64,000 nucleotides of DNA from NCBI RefSeq assembly GCF_964204645.1, contig NC_134036.1:8284812-8348811 (forward strand), written 5' to 3'. Shown piece by piece: positions 1 through 11,798 of this stretch. Position 1 is the first letter of the stretch; every line of letters starts with the position of its first letter. The position numbers and the translations under genes are program-made. Under the pieces are notes generated by a model. It ran no database searches and had not been told where the DNA came from. It saw only the letters and a program-made list of their open reading frames with translations. This stretch comes from Tubulanus polymorphus (Eukaryota > Animalia > Nemertea).

Positions 1-171
1 GATTCTACTTATGGCAGGCGAGGATCCGCCTGGTTCGCTGCTAGAGTAGTTTACTCGGTCTTGCGCGTTCGATTTCTTCTACATTTCTATCAAATAAAAC
101 CGAATTGACTTTTCTCTCGATTAAATCAATCATTGATCAAAACTTTACCGATCACTGAGTAGAAAAATCAT

Positions 172-541
172 TGTATATTCGGTAGGGCCTGTGACGATAT
201 ACGGATTTGGGAGCCTAGAAATGCAGTTTAAAGTCAATTGAAAATGAACTGATTTTGACAACACAAGGATTAGGATTTTATTAGGATTTTATTTACACTC
301 CAACCATTTCTATGGTACGTGGAGGGAGGCTTATACAAAGTATACAATATTTACAATTAACATTAAATAAAAACTTGTCATAATAAAATATCACAAAGTT
401 ATTAACAACATACACTATTTACAATCTAATTATTGGAGAGACTGAGTGCTCGTCACACCATCTGGTGGTATAGCCGGTGCTGCAGCTCCTTAATTACAAC
501 CGCCGAGTAGAAAAGACGAATCCTTCATACGAGACTCGCGT
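172..541. repeat. ~370-bp local duplication, copy 1 (copy 2 at 983-1341); possibly contains a minus-strand retroposon 3' end
   Basis: TGTATATTCGGT..GAGCCTAGAAATGCAGTTTAAAGTCAATTG...GAATCCTTCATACGAGACTCGC recurs at 983-1341; the minus strand ends in AATAAAATCCT repeats. Confidence 0.8.
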
Positions 542-554
542 TCATTTGAAATTT

Positions 555-972
555 GAAATTAACCCAGAATACCGTGGAACCGGGTTCAGAGACAAATTAA
601 ACCCACAATTCTTTGAAACTGGATCCAGAGTCAAATTAAACACACACAACTGTGGAACTGGATCCAGTGGCAATAAAACCCACAAAACTGAAACTGGCTC
701 CAAAATCAAATTAAACCTATGGAACTGGGTTTTAAGTCAGGTTAAGCCGTCTCAACTGTAAATCAGGGTCCATAATCGAATCAAACCCATGAAACTGGGT
801 CAAGAGTCAAAGTTAACTCACCCAAAGTGTGGAACTGGGTCCGAAGATAGATTAAACCCACACAACTGTGGAACTGGATCTAGAGTCAAATTAAATCTAC
901 ACAACTGTGAAACTGGATCCAGAGATGAATTAAACCCATACTTCGAATGAGGATCACTTAGAAATCAGATTA
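555..972 (+). repeat. Interspersed repeat built of ~39-bp units (GGAACTGGATCCAGAGTCAAATTAAACCCACACAACTGT), copy 1
   Basis: About 10 degenerate units; same start (GAAATTAACCCAGAATACCGTGG) and end (CTTCGAATGAGGATCAyTTAGAAATCAGATTA) as 4302-4758. Confidence 0.85.
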
Positions 973-2462
973 GAACATTTTTTGTATATTCGGTGGGGCC
1001 TTTGACGATATACGGATTCGGGAGCCTAGAAATGCAGTTTAAAGTCAATTGAAAATGAACTAATTTTTGACAACGCAAGGATTAGGATTTTATTTCCCTC
1101 CAACCATTTCTATGGTACAATGAGGGAGACTTATACAAAGTATACAATATATCTACAATTTACATTAAATATAAACCTGTCTTAATAAAATACCACAAAG
1201 TTATTAACAACATACACTATTTCCAATCTAATTATTGGAGAGAGTGAGTGCTCGTCACACCATCTGGCGGGACAGCCGGTGGTGCAGCTTCCCGTTACAA
1301 CCGCCGAGTAGAAAAGACGAATCCTTCATACGAGACTCGCTTTCGCGGGGACTTGTCACACATTGATAGTGAATGGATAACCCCAGTATCCCTGCTTATA
1401 TATCATACTGCGCTCGCGTTATGATATTTTGATTCGCCGTGAGCCTCTGCAAATCCAGCGATCAAAATTAAATCGAAGGTGAATAAGAAATGATGAACCA
1501 ATTTTCGACTTAACGTTAACCGTCTGTTCGTCAGGCCATCCTGGAGTTGGTGGCGGCGGTGTATGGCCATTATCCTGATTAAAAAACTATCCGAAATTCG
1601 AAGGGACCTTAAATGTTATTGGCAGTTGTTGCACATTTCTACGGAGATGCTGCGGCTATATTATTGTCAATGATTTATTATCAATTCTTTTGATCGAAAT
1701 AGAGCCTACGAAAGGACCGACCGGTTAGAAGTTAGAATCCACTCTTCAGGATGATAGACCTTTGTCGCAGTACACCAAGGCCAAGGCTGAAGTATCGTGG
1801 CATGTAAGTATCGATTTAGGGGCGGATCCAAGTGCGGACTTGGACAGGAGCGCAAAAAAATGAAAAGGGCATTATAATGAAAATGGGCAAGTTAAGTTTC
1901 CACGCAGCCAAAACTAGGGTCTGGAAAAATTTGAAATTCCAATGCATTTTCAGGGGGCGTTGGAAGTGCAAATTTAGTGAATGACGTTTTTTATGATACC
2001 ATGTTTTTGACGAAATTGAGGTAAATTTGGCGTGTCAAAATGGGCAATTGGCCGCGGCGGCAATAAAAAAGCTTTCAACGCGCTTGATTTTCATACACAC
2101 AATTTCTGGAAACTCGAGGGACAGTAACGAGAATTTAAGCTAAATCTTGCGCCGCGGACTGCTGTCTTATTAGTTGCCGATGGAAAACGTGCCCTCAAAA
2201 ATATCGCCACTGTATCTTCAGCTGGCGCGAGGCAAAATGAGTTTTGAAGTTTGGGGAATTCGGTATTCGATAAGCGCGTTCGACTGGGCCTTCGATATTC
2301 TTCGAATTGGGTATCGGACGGTTAGTCTTCATTCAGATATCGTCTGTTATGGCGTTGACGACTATTTCAACTCGATAATTCACGGATAGATTTCGAGTCG
2401 TCGTCTTGTTGATAAGCCCAACGCGGTAAATCTACGCACTGAATCGCGAGAGACGAGTAACA

Positions 2463-2682
2463 TATAAATCCCACAATTACGAGATCGAAAAAGATTTTGA
2501 AATATCGAAACTATTGTTAAAATTTGTCATGAACCCGCCCGAATTTTTGGTTTTACACTCTTTCGGTTTCATTCCCCTTGAAAATGGTTTTTAGTGTAGG
2601 ACCGAAAATTCGCGTTCTTGATAAATTTTGATGGTTTCGATATCCTAAAAACTTTTTCGATCTCGTGATTGTGGGATTTATA
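2463..2682. mobile_element. MITE with ~55-bp imperfect terminal inverted repeats
   Basis: TATAAATCCCACAATTACGAGATCGAAAAAG... versus ...CTTTTTCGATCTCGTGATTGTGGGATTTATA. Confidence 0.75.
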
Positions 2683-2797
2683 TTTTTGTTGATAAGCTTG
2701 TTCATTCTATCCTCATTTCCGCAATTTCTATTTCCGAAGCGGATTGATGGTGATTCGAGATGTGCGTATGTTTTTAAATTTGAATTTCGCGTTTTAG

Positions 2798-3032
2798 GGT
2801 TTGACGGCTCATGAGTTACGGTGCAAAGCAGACAGCGCTTGGTATCATGTCGAATACAAGGAGAAAGACGAAGAGATATGGACGAAACTCAATGCCGGGA
2901 CTGGTATCACATCAGCGACAATCACCGAGCTGACTCCTTATACTCGGTATATCATAAGAGTAGGATTTAGGAATGAATCCGATGCCACCTATAAGTACAG
3001 CGACGAATTTGAGATAACAACAGCTACCGGAG
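2798..3032 (+). CDS. FN3 exon of the receptor pseudogene
   Basis: ttttag|GGT TTG ACG...ACC GGA G|gtttgt; WYHVEYK...ITELTPYTRYIIRV. Confidence 0.85.
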
Positions 3033-3164
3033 GTTTGTTCATTCAATTACTTAATATCGCTATTCTTCCAATTCTAATCGGCACGTTTTCAAAAACAAAC
3101 CGGATCTTCCCCACTTCATGTGTGCCCGCGGAACTTCTGAACCCCATTCCACTTAACACCGAAC

Positions 3165-3520
3165 AGTAAACATCAGCGCACTTTCAAACGAAACAGATCG
3201 TCCACACTTCACGTATGCTTCGACCGAGAGATTTTTAACTGAAAATGAACAAAAAAAAAATAAATTACGAATACCAGACATTGGATATTTTATCAGCGCA
3301 TTTTCATAAACTGATCGTCCACACTTCACACGTTTTCAGTGCTTCACCTGCACCATTTTTGATTGAAAATGAACTACGAACATCAGACATTGAACATTTT
3401 ATCAGCATACTTTCAAAAACTGGTGAAAATCCACACCCCAGAGCTACATGTACAAATCAATCGTTCGATGATTGCATTTCACACCGCTTCCAATTTGATC
3501 GGCGCATTCTCAAAAACGGA
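3165..3520 (+). repeat. Degenerate ~105-bp tandem repeat family (also at 15540-15955)
   Basis: Recurring CTTTCAAAAACTGATCGTCCACACTTCAC..TTCAGTACTTCACCTG..CAGACATT motifs at both sites. Confidence 0.7.
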
Positions 3521-3675
3521 TTCCCTGACCGCTCCCAGCGACCTACGTGCGCAGAAAAACGTATTCGATCGATGAAACCATCGTAATTGATGAATCGAAA
3601 AAAGATTATTCAGTTGTTTGGTTTTACGCGTACGTATTGAATATATGATGATTTGTATGTTTTATCTGTTTATAG

Positions 3676-3994
3676 TTCCAGGTCCGGTACGCGATTTGGA
3701 AACTACAGGGGAGTCGGCTACTAGTTTAACAGTAACCTGGTCTCCACCAACGCCATCAAACGGGGAGATTTCGAAGTACAAAGTTTCGTATAGACAACTC
3801 AAGTATAAAGCGTGTTCTAATAAGACGGTCGCGGATCAGTTTCACCAAAAACCTGAAACATCACTTCTTAATAAGACTATAACCGGTTTAAATCCGTTTA
3901 GTGAATACGAGATCACTGTTCAGCCGTTCACTTCAGCTAGTACTGGATCAGAGTAAAAATAAAAAAAGTATCACAGCATCGACTAAACCAGCTG
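3676..3994 (+). CDS. FN3 exon of the receptor pseudogene (stop and frameshift near the 3' end)
   Basis: PGPVRDL...VTWSPP..NGEISKYKV...GLNPFSEYEITV; a 13-nt TAAAAATAAAAAA segment precedes SITASTKPA|gtaggt. Confidence 0.85.
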
Positions 3995-4301
3995 GTAGGT
4001 GATAGTGTCAGGAGACGCCAGGTCGACTCGAAGTATCATTGTAGCGAGATTTTCGAAAACATTCAAATTCTTTAAGGGAGCATCTCAAAATTTTGATAGT
4101 TACTTCAATTAGATTAACTCGCGGAAGGGGATGGGGGTTGGAGGCCTCCCGCGGATTCATCACGACTGCCGAACTATCGATTCTTTGTAGTGCGGGTATA
4201 TATGGTGTGTATTCAGTTTAAGATATTTTATGAGTTCGCGGGCTATGCCGATGAAAGCGTGCCTAGCTTTTCAGTAATTGCCTAGACTTGCTAATTTTCG
4301 A

Positions 4302-4758
4302 GAAATTAACCCAGAATACCGTGGAACCGGGTTTAGAGACAAATTAAACCCACAAAACTTTGGAACTGGATCCAGAGTCAAATTAAACCCACACAACTGT
4401 GGAACTGGATCCAGTGGCAATAAAACCCACAAAACTAAAACTGGGTCCAGAATCAAATTAAACCCATGGGACTGGGTTTTAAGTCAGGTTAAGCCCTCAC
4501 TTACTGTGAATCAGGGTCCAGAATCGAATCAAACCCATAGAACTGGGTCTAGAGTCAAAGTGAACTCACACAAGTGTGGAACTGGATCCATAGATAGATT
4601 AAACCCATACAACTGTGGAACTGGATCTAGAGTCAAATTAAATCTACGCAACTGTGGAACTGGATCTAGAATCAAATTAAATCTACACAACTGTGGAACT
4701 GGATCGAGAGATGAATTATACCCATACTTCGAATGAGGATCATTTAGAAATCAGATTA
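4302..4758 (+). repeat. Interspersed repeat built of ~39-bp units, copy 2
   Basis: Collinear with 555-972 and about one unit longer. Confidence 0.85.
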
Positions 4759-4836
4759 AAGTTTCGCCTGACTTATGTTGATCCTTTTCTACGGTTATGC
4801 GGTTTTTGAATTTGACTCTGTCGTCTATCGTTACAG

Positions 4837-5132
4837 CTCCTGTGGTACACCTGCGAAGGCTACTGTAACAACAGAACAGATTACAGCTACTGTCAGCTTT
4901 CCGCGTTTCAGATGTGAGAATATGAATGGACAATTAACTGGTTTCAACTATGAAGTTAGGAAGAGATCTGATTATACTATAGTTGACAGCAAAACTGTGG
5001 CTCCTCGGTACTGGTCATCTACAATAACTGGTTTGACGCCTTACACCGAGTATTATCTCAAATACAAATGGAGGAATTCTAAAGGCGAAACTGAATTTTC
5101 TCAACCGACAATATTCACTACCGATGAATCAG
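4837..5132 (+). CDS. FN3 exon of the receptor pseudogene (1-nt deletion at the start)
   Basis: NMNGQLTGFNYEV...ITGLTPYTEYYLK...FTTDES|gttagt; the acceptor phase is off by one. Confidence 0.85.
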
Positions 5133-5534
5133 GTTAGTTCGTCATGTTTTACTTTGTAAACCCTCCGCTGCTTCTACCGATTACGTATAGAATTAGCAAT
5201 CCCTAATCATAGACTATTTCAATCGCGCTCTAATATTTCTGTGGTTTCGTGTGAGCGTAATTAGTTTTGGACTTCACGCATACCCTGACTATGTATCGCT
5301 CGTTTATGGAGGCGCCGATATATCGTGGGTCGTTTCGTGAATGTGGCAGGACCCGCGTGCCGGATACCGGATTTCGCGCCTCTTTGTCTAAATCCTGGAT
5401 CCGGCCCTGAAAAAAAATATCGTATCGTGTGAATATTTACACGAGAGACTTTTGTCGAGAGTCGAATGAACGATAAAACCGCAACAGAATCACATTTTTT
5501 TAAAAAAAGGTTCATCCTTGAAAAATAATTTCAT

Positions 5535-5847
5535 AATAATGTTATTTATATAGCGCAGGTATCCTATAGCCGGAGTCACTTCAAATGCGCTCCAAATTTG
5601 GTATTATCACCCCCAGCCTATAATTCTACTCAATGTATCAGTCATCTCTCCCTGGAGAGAGGTGACATCCAAGCAGCTGCTATAGGCGCCCGGGAGTCAT
5701 CCATCAGACTAGGTTCCTGATCTACTCCTGGGTGGAGAGAGGCAATGAGGATAAGTGTCTTGCCCGAGGACGCTACCGTAATGTTCGGGGTTCGAGACTT
5801 GGCTTACAACAGTCGAACGCTCTGACCACTCGCCTACACCGCGCGCA
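5535..5847 (-). mobile_element. tRNA-derived SINE with a conserved-core-like middle and LINE-like tail
   Basis: Minus-strand head GTAGGCGAGTGGTCAGAGCG..TCGAACCCC; core TACTCCTGGGTGGAGAGAGGC..AAGTGTCTTGCCC on +; tail GCGCTATATAAAATAAC. Confidence 0.7.
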
Positions 5848-6049
5848 CAAAAACAAAGCTGAAAAATATAATATTCCAGTCAGCGATCGATTTCAGCCTC
5901 ATCAGGTATAATGTATTGAGTCAATGTATTTAGTATGTACACTTTGTTTATTTCCGCTGTGGGGCTTGTATGCGCTTCTTTACATGGTCCATTCAATACA
6001 TTATACCTGAATTGTGTTTCGGTTGCGATTCCGTTGCGGCTTTATTTGC

Positions 6050-6275
6050 ACGATACTGGGAATCTAGAAACCACTGGGATCTTTAATACGAACTTAAAAG
6101 ATGATACTGGGAATCTGGAAACTACTTTAATATGTGAACATAAACATGATACTCGTAATCTAGAAACTACTGGAATATGTTGACCATTAACATGATACTG
6201 GTGTTCTAGAAACTACTGTTATCTGTAATGTAAATCATTAACATGATGCTGAGAATCTAGAAACTATTGGTATCA
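6050..6275 (+). repeat. ~36-40-bp minisatellite (CATGATACTGGGAATCTAGAAACTACTGG), about 5 copies
   Basis: Direct inspection. Confidence 0.8.
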
Positions 6276-6408
6276 AGGGTACTTGGCGCGGGGCAGTTGC
6301 CCTCCAGAAATTTTGCAAAAGTGCCCTTTTTACAGATATTATTCATAAATCCAATAGAACACCCAGACCGTTTTCGAGTTCAAAAAAATTCAAATGCTAG
6401 ATACGGCC

Positions 6409-6545
6409 CAGGGGCCAGTTGCTCAAAGGTGGGCTAGAGTTAACCAGTGGATAGTTGACATAGTGACAATTAACAGTTCATTGTTATTATGGTATTTATC
6501 CGCTGGATATCTTTGACCACCAACTTTTGAGCAACTGCAGCCCTG
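6409..6545. mobile_element. Short MITE, PIF/Harbinger-like termini
   Basis: CAGGGGCCAGTTGCTCAAA...TTTGAGCAACTGCAGCCCTG. Confidence 0.65.
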
Positions 6546-6692
6546 ATATCTGTCATGTTAATTTTACATGAGGCGCGATCGAGTAATGAAAAAGGCACAT
6601 GGGCTTAAATGCAGTTTTCACGTCTCATTCTCGAACTGTAAATGTTCTAATCGTTATCGTTTTGTGAGTGTTGTTTCTTATTTCGTCGATAG

Positions 6693-7810
6693 TTCCGCAA
6701 GTTCTGAAACCTATCGCGCAATCAGCGTCGACCGATTCGTTGATATTCGCCTAGCAGCCGAAACACCGTCCGTTCGCTAAAATCACCCGGTACTACGTTC
6801 AATGCGGTAATGCAACTGGTAATGGAACAGCATTGAGAGATCTAAAGGTTTACGACAAATGGGTTGATCAAGTGATCCTGAAGAATTTGAAAGCGAGTAG
6901 CTGGCACTGATGCCGGGTATAATATCTTAATACGTAATCTTCGTGGTGTGATATACGGTGTATCAAATCATCCTTCCTCGGCAGGGATTTGAACCTGCTG
7001 GCATCGCTACACTTAGCTTCGGTACGAAACCCTGCCACACTTAGACCGGGTGCGCATGTGCTAAAATAATACAGGATGTTTGGCTAATGATGACATAATC
7101 TAAGCTGCACACTCCTGCAGGCTTGTGTGGCAGGGTTTTGTACCGTGGCGAGATTCGACACCATCAGACTTGAGTCTGTCCCGGGGAGGATGATCTAAAT
7201 GCTGGATGAGCGCATGGTTGTGAGCAGTTGTGGCCTGGGTGCATGCGTGGTATGGGTGAGGGGTTAAAAGCCGAGTGTTCTGATACTGAAAGGTATGGGA
7301 CTATCCATATAAGACGTCCATACAAAATATGGTAAATCTGACCCCCTATGTCCACATAAAATCCATATCAGCTTGGTGCCCCTCCCTCCTAGTCCGATGG
7401 ACAGTAGACCTTAAGTTTCACACTTGCTAAAGATTTGATGCAGCATAAAAGAAACTTAAATATTATTGACGTATTTACATATATTCCCTTAAACTGGTAT
7501 TATAGTTTTAACTTGTTCTGGTAAGTTCTGATAACTAGTCATTGAGGATTGAGTGATTTTACTCATACTTTCATCCACGAACGATGTCCCTAAACTAATG
7601 TTGGACATCCATATCAGAGTAACCCCTTTTCCTTGTCCACAAGTCTGACAAATCTAAAACCCCTTCCCCTTTTGCGTGGATGTCTTTTATGGACGGCCCC
7701 TATACACTGTACTTAAATGTATGAATATTTACTATTTGAGGTGGCAGCCGGCGGTAAAAAAGGATGGTCCGGATACAGTCGAAGGGTTTACTTTTACCCA
7801 CAAGAAGGCA
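6693..7810 (+). CDS. Two exons (6693-6916, 7741-7810) of one FN3 domain, with two in-frame stops
   Basis: VPQVLKP..DSLIFA*QP..KITRYYV..LKNLKASSWH*CR|VAAGGKKGWSGYS; the conserved FN3 Trp codon is TAG. Confidence 0.75.
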
Positions 7811-9507
7811 GTAAGTGCAGCTCGTAAATTCATAAATGAACACACAACAAACGTCTCAATAACACACAATACAAACCGATTCCTCGTCAGTTGTTGCCGG
7901 TCGATTTCCGATTGTTTAGACCACGGACTATAAAAATCAATTCGTTTTAGAGTCCATGTTTGGACTCAAGAGTCAATGCTAGCGTACCTAGAAATATGAA
8001 ACTGACTCCGCGGGATCGCACGCGTAAGGCACTGAGATTAAGAGACTTCTTCGAAAATACCGATTTTAAGCCGGAATATAGCTACAATAATTCGAATGTT
8101 TCTAACCGGTCGAAACGCTTATTACAGGGTCCCAACGACTCCTTGATTCATTGAAAACTCTTTCTGAACCAATAATAGTTTTCCAGGTCCTTGAATATCA
8201 TTGAATTTGAGCAAACTATCCAAAAGTCCTTGAAAACTCGTTGAATTTTGAGAAATTAGCATTTAGAAAATTCTTAGGTTTTTTAGGCCTAGTTATTATA
8301 CGCACAGATACCACCAAATTAAATGAATCACCGAGAACTCTTTACCTATTTAGGAGGAGTCGACAGTAATTGGGATATGAAAGTGATGCGGACACTAACT
8401 CAAAATTTGCTCCTTGAAAAGTTATTGAATTCTCGAATGACTGACTGATCGGTAGGGATCCTGTATCATGATCTCCTTCAGTAGTTCACTTACCCGTATA
8501 GCGGTACAAAAAATATGTTTATTTTTTTCAAATACCAAACTCGAATAGATCTCTGTGAGCACGGGTCAAATAATTGCATGTGAATTGCAACTGGTTCCGG
8601 AAGTGAATCAATTCGCTTCGTTTTTAGTATCGAGTGAGTGGTTTATGTGCGAACGCTCTCTCTTATTAGACACAGGCCAAATTTGACTCGAGGCCTGATC
8701 CGTGCCAAATTAGATCGCGGCTATGATCATCACCGCTCGGGACATTTGAAAGTGATCCAAGTGATTCCAAACTTGCTAGACGCATTTCTTCTGTTTCTTG
8801 ATAATGTGGCGAAAATTGTCAATATCTGGGGTGGGTTTGACCACAAAATGTCGGTCTTTGGTGAAATTATATTATGTATTTTGGAATGGCCTTAAGCCGT
8901 TCTTTTCTCATTGTTTCTTTTTAGATGTACGTATTCCGGGACGGGGCTGAGTGTTCTGCGGCGATGTTTCGGGATCTTTTCGGCTCAATTTCAATCTGAC
9001 AGATTTTTGGCAGTCCTGTCAGATTCCAATTTCACGACCTGGGCAGGCCCCCGCGGTGTTGGCCACGCCACATCGCGGTGACATTAGCGATTTTTCGGCG
9101 CCTGTCAAGGCCATTCTTTTATCCTCCACCTACCTATTAGTGTGTGTTCACCTTTTTATATTCGAGACCCAACTTCTTTGATTTTGGGCCGTTTTGGTTC
9201 CGTCTCGTCGCCGGAGAATTCTCCAGCCCTGCTCGTGTTTACGCTCGTTTTTACGACGCCGTTCGCTGGCGCCGCCTCACTTCCGTGTGAGCGTTTTCGC
9301 GGTGGTGCGGTTAACTCCGGTTTATTTTTAGTAAATATCTCCGTATCGGTCTTATAATCGTCATTTTTCGCGTTAATCTTAAAATATTATAGAACTTAAT
9401 TCTATTTCTCGCGTATGAAGTCATTATTTAGGGTTTTATCATTCGTCACGGTCGAATGATATCGCGTGCTCTACTTTTTCCGCGGAGCGTATCACTGCTC
9501 GTCACGC

Positions 9508-9572
9508 TTGACCAATCACCGCGTGCGTTGACCGCATGAAAACTATAAATTTGGCGCAATCGCGCTCATTGG
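9508..9572 (+). promoter_or_regulatory. Putative Pol II promoter of the LTR-like element
   Basis: GACCAATCA (9510), TATAAAT (9544), TCATTG initiator-like motif ~22 nt downstream; all retained in copy 2. Confidence 0.45.
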
Positions 9573-10143
9573 CAACTTGGCTCTGGCAGAGCCACATTAG
9601 AAACTCTTTCTTGCTGCCTCTTCACCGTTTTACGAATCGGACGCTGTAAATCGTACAGATCATGTAAGAAGACAATTTTACTTTCTATTTAAGACACGGG
9701 CCTCCGGGTCGTCTGACCCCGGGCCGGGATCGCTGCAGTTGTTTTTGACATCCCGCCCTCAGTGAGTCCCGGGTGCCGACGTACCCGGGGGCCGTGTAGT
9801 CGTCGGCCATGGGCTGCCGATAAACTCGTCACTTACAATCCTGTAAATATTGTAAATTCTCCGTCAGTTCATCGTCTGTTTAAATTCAATCCTTTGACGA
9901 TGCCATCTTAACGCTTTCGTCGCTGTAATTACTAATAGTAATAGTAATAATAATAGTATAGTATATCTTCTGTGCTATTTCCGTAATTTTACTCCTAGAT
10001 GTCGTTTCTGCTGACCATGAAAATCGCCTGTATTCACTAACTCCTTTTTCGAACGAACACGCGGTCGTTTCTCCTCCTTGACGTCGCCTCTGAATTTCGA
10101 CTCTTCGAGTTCGCATCAACGACATTTTGAATTTGGCGCGCTG

Positions 10144-10862
10144 TCGTTGATTAACGACAACGCTCGTCGTTAACTATTTGACGCTCCGTCGTATAATTCA
10201 TATCGTTGATTAACGACAACACTCGTCGTTAACAATTTGACGCTCCGTCGTATAATTCATATCGTTGATTAACGACCACGCTCGTCGTTAACTATTTGAC
10301 GCTCCGTCGTATAATTCTTATCGTTGATTGAAGACAACGCTCGTCGTTAACTATTTGACGCTCCGTCGTATAATTCATATCGTTGATTAACGACCACGCT
10401 CGTCGTTAACTATTTGACGCTCCGTCGTATAATTCTTATCGTTGATTAACGACAACGCTCGTCGTTAACTATTTGACGCTCCGTCGTATAATTCTTATCG
10501 TTGATTAACGACAACGCTCGTCGTTAACTATTTGACGCTCCGTCGTATAATTCTTATCGTTGATTGAAGACAACGCTCGTCGTTAACTATTTGACGCTCC
10601 GTCGTATAATTCATATCGTTGATTAACGACCACGCTCGTCGTTAACTATTTGACGCTCCGTCGTATAATTCTTATCGTTGATTAACGACCACGCTCGTCG
10701 TTAACTATTTGACGCTCCGTCGTATAATTCTTATCGTTGATTGAAGACAACGCTCGTCGTTAACTATTTGACGCTCCGTCGTATAATTCTTATCGTTGAA
10801 TAACGACAACGCTCGTCGTTAACTACTTGACGCTCCGTCGTTAACATCTTAATCGTTGATTA
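10144..10862. repeat. 59-bp tandem array, 12 copies, inside the LTR-like element
   Basis: Unit TCGTTGATTAACGACAACGCTCGTCGTTAACTATTTGACGCTCCGTCGTATAATTCWTA at an exact 59-bp period (10144, 10203, 10262, 10321...). Confidence 0.95.
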
Positions 10863-11798
10863 GCTTCGACGCTCGTTTACTGAGACCTAAGTTATATTAG
10901 ATACACACCGGAGTCCGCCGCGCCACCGTTTCTATTTGACGTTCGGTCGTCTCCTTTGTATGCTACCGTACATTGACTGTACCAAGGCTTTGCAAGCCAT
11001 GAAGGGCACATTCTTTTTATATATCGAAATGTAAATAATCAAGGTGTTTTGCGTGTGGACATGATGTCCCCTTGGCATCAAGAACGATGAACTTTGTATT
11101 ATAAGATAATATATATATTTTATAATTCGTACTACATTCCAATCAAACTTCGAATCTTGCGTTTATTTGATTCGCCGGCACTGGAAGGATGGACGAGGAT
11201 TTCTGTTGTTTTCCTGCTGCATCGAACCCATTTAGTTCTACGTGAGGATCGTTCCCCTATTGAACGTCGCTACGGACAACACTTATGCATACGACTAGTT
11301 TGACAGATCTGGCATGAGTCGCAATTAGCTCCTGAGATGACGGGGGACAGCTATGTGCGAGAGGGCACTTGGAATGGGGGTAGCCATATCCGCCGAGTAA
11401 TCAACACTGCGAGTTTCGTCCGAGGAAAGCCCCTAAAGCGGATTACTCTGAGGAGAGCGGGTTGGGGGGTCTGTATTGGCCACACAGATTAAGGCTACGT
11501 GGAGTAGGGAGGCGACTGTTTGGAGGAGAGCGTACTGCTTAAACGCCCTTTTTAGCGACATTTTCAATAGAGGAAACGATTCTACATATTTTATACCATT
11601 TACTATCCTGACAAGAGTCTCCTTGCCGTATTCACTACCCGAGTGCGGTCGACCCAGGCGGACCCGTGTAGCGAGCGCCCCGGCACAGCAGAGTGACTAC
11701 GACTACGCTACCTATGGACAACAGCAGTCACTACCTGAATTACTATTTTATATGTTTACACTACAACCGCTACAATAACATCTGTACACACGTTTCAG

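Larger units (their letters stand above)
8805..11774 (+). mobile_element. 2970-bp solo-LTR-like element (probably Gypsy-type) inserted in the receptor-gene intron
   Basis: Termini TGTGGCG...CGCTACA; 4-bp TSD ATAA at 8801-8804 and 11775-11778; internal CCAAT and TATAAA; no coding capacity; second copy begins at 21841. Confidence 0.8.

Noticed and set aside
8951-10125. Short ORFs repeated in both LTR-like copies (76-91 aa)
   Set aside because: Shared only because the DNA is a recent duplicate; non-ATG starts, no domain motifs and many replacement changes.
10144-10862. CRISPR-like array of palindromic repeats
   Set aside because: Units are contiguous near-identical 59-mers with no unique spacers; there are no cas genes and the context is a eukaryotic intron.
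11420-11435. GAGGAAAGCCCC resembling the RNase P RNA GAGGAAAGUCC motif, and minus-strand GGACGAAAC resembling a hammerhead
   Set aside because: No partner P4 strand and no correctly placed CUGANGA; short chance matches.
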